64,000 nt of DNA, taken from Octopus sinensis (lineage: Eukaryota). The stretch is taken from the NCBI RefSeq assembly GCF_006345805.1, contig NC_043000.1, positions 48,608,001 through 48,672,000 on the forward strand, given 5' to 3'. Made by a program: the position numbers and the translations under genes. The notes beneath the pieces were generated by a model. It made no database searches and was not told the origin of the DNA. It saw only the letters and a program-made list of their open reading frames with translations. Position 1 is the first letter of the stretch, and the number at the start of each line of letters is the position of its first letter. Shown here piece by piece: positions 13,743 through 28,620 of this stretch.

Positions 13743-15304
13743 TATGGTATTTTTTTATTCTCTAATTACTGCCCGTTAAATTAGTTAATATTCTATGCAT
13801 TAGATTAAATTCCAATTACCCATTTATTTTACTGTTTTAATTGGTTAATTCAAAGTTAGATTTCGATCATATGCTTCTGAATGTTCAATGGGATTTTCGA
13901 ATTGCATGTAGTATGTTAAGTCTTAAGACATTGTATTATATCATTTCGGATAAATGTTTAAATAATTTTTCTGCGTGATTATTTAAACCTACTTTGGTAC
14001 AAAGTCTTAACACAAGCTCTTCAAAGAACTTTTGATAGTAATGTAATTTTTTTGAAGAGCAAGAACATATAAAGCCAAAATGTTTACAATTCTCAATATA
14101 TTTTAAATATCTTCTTTATTTATAGAGAACCATGTACATCATAAAACCACTAATTCGCATACAAGATCTAAAGTGGAATAAAAATCAATATTTAATGCAA
14201 AGAAACAATTAAAGAGATGTGTGTGTGTGTGCAAAATACAGTAAAACTGATAGCAAACATTACCGTTTCCTTAAGTCAAGAATACTGTACTATTTCAGTT
14301 GTAGGTACCACACATGTATGTTTTATTTTTAAAATTGCTAGTGAAATCAAATACTCTTCTCAAAGGAGTTACAGAAATAAATATCTTATGTCAGGTGAAA
14401 TATGCGAAAATATTGCAGAAAACATTTATAATATTGATTTATTATTGTATGAAATCTTAAATATAATTTTCACATTCCAGTCACAACGTGTGTGGGGAAT
14501 AAACTACATCCGTAAATTGCTTATAAAGTTAGATATCAAATGTACTCTTCACCAGCTTCAATTCATATCGATTAACCTATTCGAAGAACAAATAATACTT
14601 AAAATAGCTGAATAAGCTTAGTATAGATAACGTTTGTAGTATTTATCGCAGACAATTAAAAGTTCTTTTGAAGACGTAATATGAATTATACATCAATGTC
14701 TACATATTCCCCCTTCCTCCTCTCTCTCTCACGATTTCTCTCACACTTTTTCTCTCTTAACCCCATAAAGTTTCTATCTCTCCCCGTTTCTTCATTATAT
14801 AGTGTGTGAGTGTATGTTTTTATATATAAAATATATATGTAAATATGCATACATATATATGTAAGTATGCATACATATATTTATCTATATACATAAATGC
14901 ACAAACACTTATATTTGAAACGGTTTTTCTTGCAAGTATGTATTCAGATTATGACTTTTACATTTTAGCTTCTTTTTACAGTTCTTTTCCTTTTTCCCTA
15001 TGAATTCTTTAAATTTTGTTTAGAACTGTAGCGTTCTTAGATCTGCCAATGTTTCTATATTTTCACACCCTATATTCTGCAGAGTTTGCTCAGTGTTTCT
15101 GTAAGAATAACTAGGGTTCCTGCTTTTTTAGTGGTGACATTATCACTAGTATTCTTGAGAATATTTCCCAATTTTTCGCCATTTTGGGAGTAGTTTCACT
15201 TTGTGATTATTATATGTTATCTATACTATGAGTTTAGTTAATTGTACATTATACAAGAAAAGCAACATTTGGTAAAAAAATATGTGTAGAATTACCAACA
15301 AACT

Positions 15305-15458
15305 CAAGCATGGCTGTAGGGTAAAAGAATTGCTTCCCAACCGCCTGGTTCCGAGATCAGTCCAATTGTGTAACATCTTGGTCAAGTGTTTCCTACTATA
15401 GTCCCGGACCGACCAAAACCTTGTGAGTGGATTTGATACAAAGAAACCGGAACCCCGG

Positions 15459-15460
<2 letters not shown>
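15305..15460 (+). mobile_element. SINE family B 5' fragment
   Basis: gcatggctgt...ttgcttcccaacc...caagtgtttcctactatagtcccggaccgaccaaaaccttgtgagtggatttg matches the head of the 57483-57901 copy and runs into a long (TA)n. Confidence 0.75.
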
Positions 15461-15539
<79 letters not shown>

Positions 15540-15640
15540 GTATATATGTATATATATAGTATATGTATATATGTATATGTATATATGTATATGTATATAT
15601 GATATGTATATGTTATATATATATATGTATATGTATATAT

Positions 15641-15673
<33 letters not shown>

Positions 15674-15779
15674 TATATGTATATGTATATGTATATATTT
15701 ATATGTATATATGTATATGTATATATGTATATGTATATATGTATATATGTATATGTATATATGTTATATATATATGTAT

Positions 15780-15814
<35 letters not shown>

Positions 15815-15884
15815 GTATATATATAATATATGTATATATATTATATATATGTATATATATATATGTATATATATAATATATATG

Positions 15885-15915
<31 letters not shown>

Positions 15916-15970
15916 GTATGTATATGTATATATATATGTATATATATGTATATATATATATGTATATATA
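15461..15970. repeat. Long compound (TA)n/(TATG)n microsatellite
   Basis: Directly visible; explains the YI/IY-rich ORFs in the track. Confidence 0.95.
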
Positions 15971-16384
15971 CCAAAGAACATACAACAGTGAACATACATT
16001 AAAAAGATTTATTTAGCTCATACGTGTTTCAAATACACTAGTATATTGCAATATAAGTATTAAATACTCTTTACACTTGATCGACTAAAATGCCATAGAA
16101 TGAGAAGAATTAAGTATTCGCCTGGAGGTAAATAACCCTATTATATATGTGTGTGTGTCTTCAGAAAAAGCGAGGTACATATTTTGTCACTAGGAGTGTA
16201 CCTCAATTTTAAAGTTAACTATGCAAATCTACTTCCTCCTACTAATTTTTGTCTGTGTAATATTTATCTTAAAATAATTATTTCGCTGTTCAGTTAGCTA
16301 TCATATCAACATATATAAATATTACACATACACACACACACGAGTGTATATATATATATATATATTATATATATATATATATAT

Positions 16385-16487
<103 letters not shown>

Positions 16488-17947
16488 GTATGTATAATTA
16501 TGCTAACGAAACTTGGAGCCACACATTTCAATGGAAGCGACAAAAACAAAAAGTTAATTAAATGTTTAAACATTATAGCCACTCCCTTTCGAGACTGGGG
16601 TTGATTATAATTTGCAGCAACACTACGGCGGGCGTAAAACCAGTCATATATCGCCTACAGGCGATGACATTATTAATATAATATTCTAATTTAGAGTATA
16701 CATTTCTAAAATTTCTCTATATTTTTGTGAGCTTATTTATAATTCAACAGATTATCACTATTAAGCTTTGCAGCCATTACTAATTTTAAATAGTGTGATA
16801 GTTCATAAAATATCATTACTGGTAACAGGAGAGTGTTTTAGCCATTCTGTTAGCTTATGGTTTGGGTGTTGAAGAATAGATATTTTCACATCTACCACGA
16901 GTATTATTTTATTAGTTTGTTTAATACTGTAATGAACATAAAAAATAACAAAACTATACATACAGAAAATAAAATTTTAATTTGTTTGAATTTGTTTTTA
17001 ATAAATGTACTTTTAAAGCACGTGATTTAACACTATATGCGTGTGTCGTCATATACATATATATATGTTTATATACGTATATATGTGTATATATGCATAT
17101 ATATGTGTATATGTATACATGTGTGTTTGTGTCTGTCTGTGTGAATACACATATATATATGTATAATACATATGTATGTATATATGTATGTATGTGTGTG
17201 TATATATATATTTTTTTTTCACACACACTAACAGTCACACACATATACTTATATATAAGCCTATACGCACACAAATACACGAACAAATGTTCACACATAC
17301 ACATATATGCATTAGAAGATAAAACATGAAGATTTTATTCAATGTATGGAAAGTAAATTTAGTTACTGAAACAGAATTTTCACTCTATCACCATTTCAAA
17401 CTCATTTTTGAATTATTCTAGTATCATTATAGGAATGAATCACAATCAATAATTAATTATGCATGTCACTATGCATTACGTATATATACATGTACTATAT
17501 TTGTGTTTATTTACGGTTTTATTTTTGAATTTCCAAATAATGAAAATGCCTTTTTCTTTCTCGAAAGCATGTCTCTCTCATTTGGAGACTTAATGGTGTA
17601 TGATCTGTTCCTTTTCTTAATTATTTGAAATATTCCCCTGAGAAAGCGACAGATTCCTATCAAAGTGTTATGTCGTACGTTCGGATGACCTCTACTACTC
17701 TCTACTCTGTTCTAGTCTACTCGACTGCAACTCTCCTCCTGACGGCTATGCTTCTCCTTATATATCTACGTATTGGGCTAGCCTACTTTATCGTCTGGGG
17801 GCATCCACACAACACAAAGACATAAAGTTCCATCGTTCGAACGTACATAACAAACACAGATTCACATTATAAACTTGAGAAAAGCCTTACATATTTTTAC
17901 TATTCCTCTGACAGATTGTATATATAATGTGCAAATTAGCTGGTTGA

Positions 17948-18420
17948 TTTCTTTTTCTGAAGAACTTAGATTCTCCAGAGTGTTACTTAAACATTTACTC
18001 GTTAATCCCAGTTCAACAATATTATTCGTATAAATATGAATTCATTATCAGGATATAGAAGCTGGAGGATCCGAAGTAGTTGTCCATAATTTTCCAATCC
18101 TCTTTCCCTTTGATTTTTGAAGTGATATTGATATCAGCAGGGGAGCTGACTTCTAGTTCCAAACAATAATATCCAGCCTGTTATGTTGACGCTTGACAGA
18201 CGTTTTGTTGAGAGTATTCCACCGATATTCTTTGCGTTGATGTTTGTGTGTGTAATCAAAAACAGCAGTTTTGTATATTTATCCCTGTACTTTTTACTTA
18301 GAATGGCATTGCATATCATTTTAACGACTACGTTTTGTCGGATAGGGAGGTAATATGTTGATGACGTGCTTGAGTAGCCACTAATCACATGTGTGAATTC
18401 TTCAGAGATATAATGCAGGT
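17948..18420 (-). mobile_element. Decayed restriction-like endonuclease (RLE) domain of an R4/NeSL-type non-LTR retrotransposon
   Basis: Reading across frameshifts: EEFTHVISGYS.TSSTYYLPIRQNVVVKMICNAI...KEYRWNTL.KTSVKRQHNRLDIIVWN...DINITSKI...NYGQLLRILQLLYPDNEFIFI. This resembles the zinc-knuckle remnant plus PD-(D/E)XK pattern. Confidence 0.65.
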
Positions 18421-18497
18421 TCGTTTTTATGTATTTATAGCACGTATGCTTATAAAGATTTCGTAAGCACATGCGCATGTATACATTTATGCATGTA

Positions 18498-18567
<70 letters not shown>

Positions 18568-18720
18568 GTGTGTGTGTGTGTGTGTGTGTATTCGTAGGTG
18601 CCATTGCATGCGTGGGTTTGTATACATCTACACACGTGTACATATACAAACATTGAATCCTGAATTTCTGGAATTTTTATCATATTTCCATAGCGTTTTA
18701 ATGAGTTGTTTCTAAAACTC

Positions 18721-18779
<59 letters not shown>

Positions 18780-18926
18780 ATATATATGTATATGTTAGAT
18801 AAATTCCTCTATTTACATAATATCGAGGTCTCTTGCATTCTTTTGTTGTCTTATCATTTTTATCAATATATATATATATTACTCATATACATATATATAC
18901 ATACATACATACATACACACACACAC

Positions 18927-18960
<34 letters not shown>

Positions 18961-20004
18961 GTATATGCGTACATATATGTGTGTACATCATGATAGATGG
19001 ATGGATACATGAATGAATTGATGTTTGCATGGATATACGTATCTGTATATATGAAATCTATAAAGCATAATTATTGACATAATGTTTAATCTGAATGACG
19101 TTTAAGCCAACGTATGTCCAGAGATAATCTTGTATACCATGTGGTTACTTCAAATTCTTCCCAATGAAAGACAACTATCTTGTGAAATAACAAATGATTC
19201 ACATCAGCAACTGGAAGTTACATAGTGTTATAGACACAATGTGTCGAAACGTACAGAAAATGTGTTGCTTGGAAATTCTTAATGACTTCTATTTTATATA
19301 TATATGTATATATTATCTATTATACACGCATTCCAATACGTCTGACATCCGTCTGAAATCCGTCTAATTTAAGTGAAATGGTTTTTAACTTATATTATTA
19401 ATTTTTGTCTATTTTTATGCTCGCTCCATTGAACCGGCTTATATTTAATTACTAAATGAAAAATATTATTCTAAAAAATATAAAATTCAAAATAGTATAA
19501 ACAAATATTTATGAAACGTATAATCGCAAAATGTTTTTTTACATTTTATTAATGAATTGCTGGGAAATAAGAAAGAATGGTAGTTATTGGTGAAAATATT
19601 AATTAAATAAGAAATAAAGATAGAAATCTATTGTCACTTAATGCCATTTTAACTGAGTTAAAAGTTTCTATTTACTTTGGAACATTCAAATTTATAACTG
19701 TGTGTTCTGAAATTGTCTGCTAAGCGAATGAATGTAATATTGAATGCAGAAATAAATTAGCTTGTTGGTTTAATTATTCAATCACAGTTGTTTGATTAAT
19801 TGCTTTGTTTAGACAATAAGAAGAAATATCTAATGCATTAGATACAATATAAAATGTAATTTCACTCATTGTTTATATGTAAAGCATATTTCCTTCAGTT
19901 TCTTATATAGATTATCTTCTACTTTACTGCTTTCCCAATTTCAATATAGTTATTCCAGCAGCGTATACATACATACATACATACATACATACATACATAC
20001 AAAC

Positions 20005-20063
<59 letters not shown>

Positions 20064-20082
20064 GATAGATAGATAGGGGGAA

Positions 20083-20121
<39 letters not shown>

Positions 20122-20124
<3 letters not shown>

Positions 20125-20281
20125 CCTACATTGCTAGAAATAGGAACTAAAATGCTCCAGTGTTGTTACGAAACACACGACATATACTCTGATAGGGGCT
20201 GCAGCCCCCATCAGAGTATATGTTGTGAGCTTTGTAACTGCAGTGGAAGAGTTTAGCTCCTATTTCTAGCAATGTAGGTGT
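20122..20281. repeat. 160-bp spacerless imperfect palindrome (foldback)
   Basis: acacctacattgctagaaatagga at the left end is the reverse complement of tcctatttctagcaatgtaggtgt at the right end. The centre is catatactctgat.ggggctg|cagccccatcagagtatatg. Confidence 0.9.
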
Positions 20282-20366
20282 CATTCACATCCTTACTCAA
20301 GTTTAGTTGAGACGACTATAATTTTCCTTTACGGTATAACGTTGCAGACAACTGTTTTTATTAATC

Positions 20367-20397
<31 letters not shown>

Positions 20398-20409
20398 GGT
20401 GTGTAATGT

Positions 20410-20748
20410 AATGTTCATGTAATCCCTCTTCGGGCACGAATGACCATGGGATAGCACCTAGAAAGTTCTACTCCGAGGCATAAGTTTGGCCAATTTTCTT
20501 TGTGGAATGTCAGCAGTCACCCATGCATAACATTCTCCCCTCTTCACACCACCGATGTTGTTCAGAGGAAAGGCAAAGGCCGATACAGCATGGTACAGTG
20601 ACGTCGGAAGCAATTTTCTACAGCTGAGGGAATTAGAACAACAGGAAAATAAGTGTATTGCTCAACAAAACAACACATTTCTCATTCCGGAACTCGAACT
20701 CACAATGTCACAATCGTTAGCCCGATGGTCTAACCACTAAACCATATG
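20410..20748 (-). mobile_element. tRNA-derived SINE, family C
   Basis: Minus strand begins tggtttagtggttagacc...gagttcgagttcc (A/B boxes), followed by tgtgttgttttgttgagcaatacactt, a typical post-tRNA SINE core-like motif. Confidence 0.65.
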
Positions 20749-20771
20749 TATGAATGTATGTGTATTTATAT

Positions 20772-20818
<47 letters not shown>

Positions 20819-22706
20819 ATGTATATATATATATAAACATATATATATATATGCTCTTTCAAGTATTTCTTAATAGTACATAGAACTCGCTGTATGTTTA
20901 GGCATAGGTTTCTTCAAGCAATTTACCGCGTTTCTAAATTAGAAGGATTGTCAGCAAACAAATCGAGCCTCAATGTATTGAGCTAACGAGGAAATATCCT
21001 ACTAAAGTTATTTCACCTCACTTACATCACAAAAACTCTTTGAGAATTATATGATTGTTAGAACCATCTATTTCATGTCAGTTTCTTAACAGAGATTTGT
21101 ACCTGTTTAAATGAAATAAAACCGAGCACAATAAGGCCGAGGCTAATTAATACGGATCCTGTTCCTCAAGCAGCTCTAGATTTCGTGTTGGAGCTAATAC
21201 ACTTCAATTACATTGTGTGAATGAACATTCCACACTCATTTACCATAGCAAATATAAAGTATTTTGCTCTGTAAGAAATCAATATCCGGTAAATCTGGTG
21301 ATGTGAGTTTGTTAAGAGCAGCACGTAAAGACTGTCTTTTGTATATAGATTAGTGGTATTAAAATTGACGTTATATTTCATTCATTAGTTTTATTCATTT
21401 GCTCATTCTTATCTTTTCTTGAGACTCCTTCATCACATTGTTATGGCTTGAAATGCGTGGAGTATTAACGAAAAGCATAACGGTTTTGAGATATTGGTAA
21501 GGACTGTTAATGATCTCAATTTCGAGGTTTCCTAATTCTACGAATTATCTTATACTTTGCCTTCGTCTGGGGTGTGATTTGATATATATCTGAAGTGTGC
21601 GAATTAATCCAGCTTTTCATGCCGTTAATAAGTAAATAGATATCTATTTTGTTGGGTTGTAAAGTTACCTGTTCGAAGAAAATGCCAATAGGTAGTTTGT
21701 ACTTCAGCCGCAAGTTAACGGATCATTATTCATATAGACTGTGGCTCTCTAAAATACCGTTGTGTGCTGTTCTCCATAATACCCGCTTTCTTCTATGGGA
21801 TCGTTGTGGCGATTTTTCTGGAAGAAACCAAATACTTAACGAACAGTGATTGTTTTCATAGTTATTTCATTTTATGATTCCAAACTATTTCAAAACGCCT
21901 TGATATTGAACAGAAATTTATTTTAGTATGGACATTTGTTAGTATATTTGACTATTCTCTTACAAGAATATTACATGTAAAGTATTTCTAATTAACAACG
22001 ACTCATAAGATGTTAGGAAAAGAGCACTGATTATTATGTAAAATAGCGAAACCTTCTCGTTCAGATACATTCACTCAGTAACGCATTGTTCAGTGTGTAT
22101 GAGAAGACATGATGGCATTCCTGATTAAACTGGATCAATGGATATCCTGTTTGAACCCGTTACATATAAATTTTCCCAGTTTTATCATTAAATGTACCTG
22201 ATCTCATTTAGTTACCGATATGCAAATGTAGCGTGAAAACTCACAGATTCAGAATACTTAAGTATAATTTAAATGCTTAAAAGCTATCGAATCAGTTTGT
22301 GGACTGGGGATACACGGTATGTTCTCGGTAATGAGGAAGTGTATCGAACTGTGATTTCAATCTTATCATGGCTTTTACTTATATGTTGAAAAAAATCAAT
22401 TCGTATGTTTCTATGAGTCGCTTTTTGTTGGTGAGTCACAACAGCAGTACTGAGAAAACTCTAAGAATTAATGATTCATAACCTAACTAAAATACATTTG
22501 ATCCAATTCTCTGGTGTAATGCTGAGTTCTTTGATTATAACATTAAAGTTCATTCTACCATGTGACCTTATATATACATGTTCCAACATTGATATAGATA
22601 CATTTGTATGTGTACTTACAAACATACACACACACTCGCACACATACACCTATACACATACATATATACATATACGTATATATGCATGTATACATACACA
22701 CACACA

Positions 22707-22744
<38 letters not shown>

Positions 22745-22771
22745 GGTTTGGAGGTGATGTACAAGTATTAC

Positions 22772-23041
22772 ATATTAGAAGAAATAAGGTACTCAGAAAT
22801 CTGGATGGTTTTATATTTACAGATTTTTATTAGTATGCCACATGCTTTTATAAATCATATATTAGCGCTTGCATCTACTCTAGTAGAATCTCCAGATTTT
22901 AATGTGTTTGACAGGATTCGTTTCTTTTTATAGTATTACTGAGTGAGTTAATATATGATTTATAAAACTCTGTGACATATTAATAAAAATCTGTAAATAT
23001 AAAACCATCCAGATTTCTGAGTACCTTATTTTTTCTAATAT
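22772..23041. repeat. ~93-bp inverted repeat pair with ~84-bp spacer (MITE-like)
   Basis: 22772-22864 is the near-perfect reverse complement of 22949-23041 (attagaa.aaataaggtactcagaaatctggatggttttatatttacagatttttatta). TA microsatellites lie nearby on both sides. Confidence 0.85.
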
Positions 23042-23055
23042 ACATACATAGATAC

Positions 23056-23130
<75 letters not shown>

Positions 23131-24844
23131 TCATAAATGAGGGTGAAAAATTAGATATTAATTTAATAATACCACCAGTTTAACACCAAGTGGCCTAGCA
23201 CATAAAAAACCAGGGAGACAATACAAATTTATACGTAAATATATGAGAGTTACCGTTAAGTGGTTAACTCTAGTGCTACAAATAGCTCCTTATTCTGGTA
23301 TAGCCACCGAAGTTGTTTCCACGAAAGAAATAACATTACCTCCAGCGAATGGAAAGCGAAATACAACGAAAAGATAAATTAATGCTGAACAATTGTTTCT
23401 TTATCAACATAATATCCAATTATACTCAAATATTTATCTATAAATCATCATCAGCATTTGTTTTCGATACAATTTATTAGACCCACACGGGCGATAAATA
23501 CCCATGCGGTCCAATCGATTTCATACATATTTGTGATTTAGCTTCCCGCCAAAAAGCATGGTAAGACTTAGTGGAAACGAGTACTGCACACAATACATAC
23601 AAAGTATATGTACACATGTATGAAATGTATGTTTAGATAATGTTCATCATGGCAATTAACATAACCATGATAATAAAAGTATTACTAAAATAATAGTGTT
23701 CACTTAATTTACATTCATGATAATATTACTGTTCTACTCTTTAGGTAAATCCAATAACCATAAGATAATTCCTATCATATCTAAGAATCAAAATACTGTC
23801 TTAATTGATAAGATATGAAAAACGTGATCAATTGCTAAGAATTACTCTTCTACCATAACAGTTTTGAAAGATAAACACCGGTACAAAATAAAATAGAAAT
23901 CTCGGTTATATAAGAAATGACTATTGTGACATAAGGATGTATTTCATTTTTTCGTTTAGGTAAGAATCAGTTAATATATAAAGTTTCTATTCTCTTCAAA
24001 TAATATCTGAATATACGTTGTAAAACATTGAGATGGTGATATATCGATGATTTTTATCAACACTCACTAGAATAAAAACCAACTCTTTTGTCATTACTTT
24101 TATCGTTCGTTTTATGATTATTTCTCAGGAATAATTTTCAAAAGAATTGCAGAGCTCATGTAATAAAATATTGCTTACATTTTTGTAGGGAAATTGGATA
24201 TTTTAAAGTACCACTAGGTCAAGTTTAATATGCAAATTATGAAATATGTCCTAATACATTTAATATGAGGAACACAATTATTTTGATTAATCAAGAATAT
24301 TTCTTTTTACAATGGGAGGTAATAATCGCTGAACGAGGATTAATTAAACTAAACAAGGCAAGGACGAGCTCAAAGCTATTTAAATTCAATTGAATATCAA
24401 AGTATATTTAGCAAATAGAATATAGTATTCAGATATAAATGAGACGTGTGTGGAAGGAATGAGGTATTATTATGGTGCCAGTGTATATTTTCTATATTTT
24501 CCATAAGAAATTCTTTATGCGATACGCAATGAAAAACAACTCTAAATTTTGCTGCATATATTTACGACTATGTACCCGTGCGTATATGTGCATATTTGTG
24601 TATTGTCATTTATGTTTTTGCATTTATATTTGTCTTAACATTCACAAATACATATATGTACCCGAACACACGTACGTACATATATATCAGATACTCAACA
24701 CTGTGAAGTAGGCTTTGACTGGAAATAAATATATACATGCACACATTAACACACATACACGCAAACGCACACACATACACTCACACATACCCACACACAA
24801 ACACACACACATATATACACAAATATATACTCACAAATCTATAT

Positions 24845-24910
<66 letters not shown>

Positions 24911-25584
24911 TTATGGATGTACTTTTATATGTATGTGTACACACACACAGATACACACACACACACAGATATATATATATATATGTCTCTTGTACGTATG
25001 TATATGTACACAATCAGGCAGGCGTTTTAATATTGATGTTCTGACAAAGTAAGACAAAAGAGTAAGTGACAGGGCTAGTAATTTATAGGTAATTTTCTGG
25101 CAGTCTAGCTAAGATCTGGATTATAAATATTATAAAATAAAGACTACAGAAAAAATACCACCTCCACCGAACTATTATTTTAGCCATGTTTTTCCTTTAC
25201 ATATATCAAACTTTCTAAACATGTTTCTTTTTTCTCATATTTTCATATATTTTCGAACATAAATCTTTACCGATTTAATCTATTTTATTCTAGATGTCTA
25301 ACTTCAATCTCAGTATTTTTCTTTAAATATTTCCTAAAGATCGATTTCTGCTTCAGGACTATTCCACATTTATGTTTTCATTAAAGTAAACACTGTTCTT
25401 TCCATGAATTATGATCGTATTCTCTATTTCTTGGTACAGTGTTACTATATATTCATCAGTTCAAAATCCTGCATATTTATTGTTGATATTTTGATATTTA
25501 TCAACTCTAACCTCTTTATCAGATGATGGAAATCGATCTTTGATGTGAACAAACTGCACTTACTTCTTGCATTGATATAAATAA

Positions 25585-25616
<32 letters not shown>

Positions 25617-25663
25617 TATGTATAGGTATATATGTATGTATGTATATATGTATGTATGTATAT

Positions 25664-25694
<31 letters not shown>

Positions 25695-25777
25695 GTATAT
25701 ATATATGTATATATATGTATGTATATTATATGTATATATATATGTATGTATATATATGTATATGGATATATGTATGT

Positions 25778-25874
<97 letters not shown>

Positions 25875-25907
25875 TTGTTCGTATGTATATATATGTATGT
25901 ATGTATA

Positions 25908-26558
25908 TTAGCTGAAGTACCCGGTAAAAAAATTTAATAAGATGTCTTTATAACCATGAAACATTTTTCGCCAAATGTCGACATTTTTAATGGGTAGGAC
26001 TAATTTGACGAAAAAACGAGTAGAGTCTGGTAGCGAACCCGTGTCGTCGTCATTTTTGTGCATGTGCATAAAATGGTGAAAGTTTACGCTTTGGGGCAGA
26101 TTTCGTCAAATTAATGTCGCGACGGCTAGTGCGCAAAAGGCCTAAATGTTGCTTAAGAAATAAAATGGTCTTACCTAATCAAAACCTGAAAAGCTGGGGA
26201 ATTAAAACAACGGATTGAAATAATAAGTTTTAGCAAATCGAAACGATTCGCACTGAAATGAAGAATTAGCAAATGCTAAATAGATTACTGTTAATAAGCT
26301 ATCTGTTGATACCCATGAAACATTTTACGTTAAATTTTGGCATTTTTCGTCAAGCTGATGTCAATGTGGCTAGTGCAAAAAATGCCGAAATTTAACGATT
26401 TTTGAAAAATCGATGTTTTTAAAACACCAATTGCGTAAGTAACCACATGGACATAAGCCACACACACGTGTCAAGCTTTGTCAAGGTCTGTTGGATAGTC
26501 TCGAAGGAATGAAGTAACAAATTCACAAACACACAAACTTTCCGTTTATTATTATAGA
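25908..26558 (-). mobile_element. Non-autonomous Helitron
   Basis: Minus strand starts A|TCTATAATAATAAACGGAAAGTTTGTGTG and ends ccgggtacttcagCTAA|T. The 5' TC end and A|T insertion site match, and the 5' end resembles that of the 30852 element. The 3' hairpin is partly lost. Confidence 0.7.
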
Positions 26559-26577
26559 TATATGTAAATATAGATAT

Positions 26578-26643
<66 letters not shown>

Positions 26644-26690
26644 GTGTGTGTGTATATATACATATGTATATATTTATTTATCTATCTATC

Positions 26691-26753
<63 letters not shown>

Positions 26754-26810
26754 TCAGCATCGCTTTCGCTGTGGCAGAGAGTGTCTAACACAGCTCTTAC
26801 ACCACATTGT

Positions 26811-28030
26811 GGATATACTTAAAGCCTTGGTTCAGTAAAGCTTTCGACAGGGTTGACCATAAAATCAAAAATGTTGGAATCCGTGGAAAACTTCTACACT
26901 AGATTGAGTATTTCCTGGCGAATAGAACACAACATGTTGTGGACGGTGGAGTCCACTCAAGCCCAGCAAAAGTCACCAATGGTGTCCCTCAGAGGACTGT
27001 CTTGGGCCCGCTCCTTTTTATGATCTACATAAACAAACTTTCCAGCATTGTGCAAGTGGAAAATATTTGCTGATGACACTAAGCTCCAGCAAATCATCAA
27101 TGAAGAAGAAGGCCGAACACAACTCCAGTCTAATCTATATGCGGTCAGTGAATGCGTAGACAAAAACAAAATGCAACTAAACGAGGGATAATTTGAGCTG
27201 ATGCATTTTGGAAGAAAGATTATATTAAAACAGCAATAGTCTCTGCCTTCTGGGGAACCGCTCACAACATCTAATATCAGATACCTAGGAGTAATTGTTG
27301 ATAACAATCTCGTTTGGCGTGCTCACATCAACAGTAAGGGCTATCTAACTCGTAGGATGAGCTCGTGGATCTTAAGAATCTTCCAGTCCAGAGAACAAGA
27401 TGTCATCATTCCACTTTTTTTTCTTCGTTTGTACGGTCACACCTCAAATACTGCTGCCCTCTGTGGTCTCCCATACAAAACAAAACATCTAGAAAATTGA
27501 ATCACCCCAGAAGTTATTCACTATACGAATTAAATAAATGACTGATTTCGATTACTGGGATCGCCTTAAAGCCTTGAAACAATACTCTCTCCAGCGCCAC
27601 CGAGAGCTGCACATCATTTGCACTGTGTGGAGAATATACCGCCAGCATTACCCAAACGACCTGAACATCAACTTCAGGGTTCATCTAAGCCTGGGATCAC
27701 GGGACATATGTCCCTGCCCGTTTCAGGTTCACAACATATAGATACACTGCGTCACAATTTCTTTTCCTCAACAGGCCCTGCCCTGTTGTCCCAAAACTGA
27801 TCAAAGAGGGAAAGGATCTCATCACATTTAAACGGAGTCTGGACAAATTTCGTCAAGGAATATCAGATAAGCCACCTATACCTGGACGCAACTCACTCAA
27901 CAAGAACTCACTACTTGAATGGACCATGATACGTGACTCGACAATGATTTAGATAATCCAATCAAGTGGTGCTATTAAGTTAGACTTGACCTGAACCAGT
28001 GTTTGGTCAAAGCATATCTAAGTTTATCTA

Positions 28031-28035
<5 letters not shown>
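26811..28035 (+). mobile_element. 5'-truncated, decayed CR1/L2-group LINE (RT domain and 3' end)
   Basis: KAFDRVDH...GIRGKLLH*IEYFLANRTQHV...GVPQRTVLGPLLFMIYIN...FADDTKLQ...LKYCCPLWSP...DYWDRLKALKQYSLQR, with stops and frameshifts; short tandem tail atctaagttt. Confidence 0.9.
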
Positions 28036-28080
<45 letters not shown>

Positions 28081-28115
28081 ATATATATACATATATAATA
28101 TATATACATATAATA

Positions 28116-28171
<56 letters not shown>

Positions 28172-28181
28172 TATTATATAC

Positions 28182-28256
<75 letters not shown>

Positions 28257-28281
28257 CTATATATATATATATTATATATAC

Positions 28282-28316
<35 letters not shown>

Positions 28317-28344
28317 ATACATATATATATACATATATATATAC

Positions 28345-28375
<31 letters not shown>

Positions 28376-28439
28376 CATATATATATATACATATATATAT
28401 ATACATATATATATATACATATACATATATATATATACA

Positions 28440-28509
<70 letters not shown>

Positions 28510-28620
28510 TATAATATATATATATACACACATATATATATATATACACACACATATATATATATGTATGCATATGTATATGCATATGTATGTATATATA
28601 CATTTATATATATAAAGATA
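28035..28620. repeat. Long (TA)n/(TACA)n microsatellite
   Basis: Directly visible. Confidence 0.95.

Noticed and set aside
21648-21810. Minus-strand segment bounded by a good acceptor (ttcttccag) and donor (cag|gtaact)
   Set aside because: Stop codons in all three frames; could only be a non-coding exon, with no supporting evidence.
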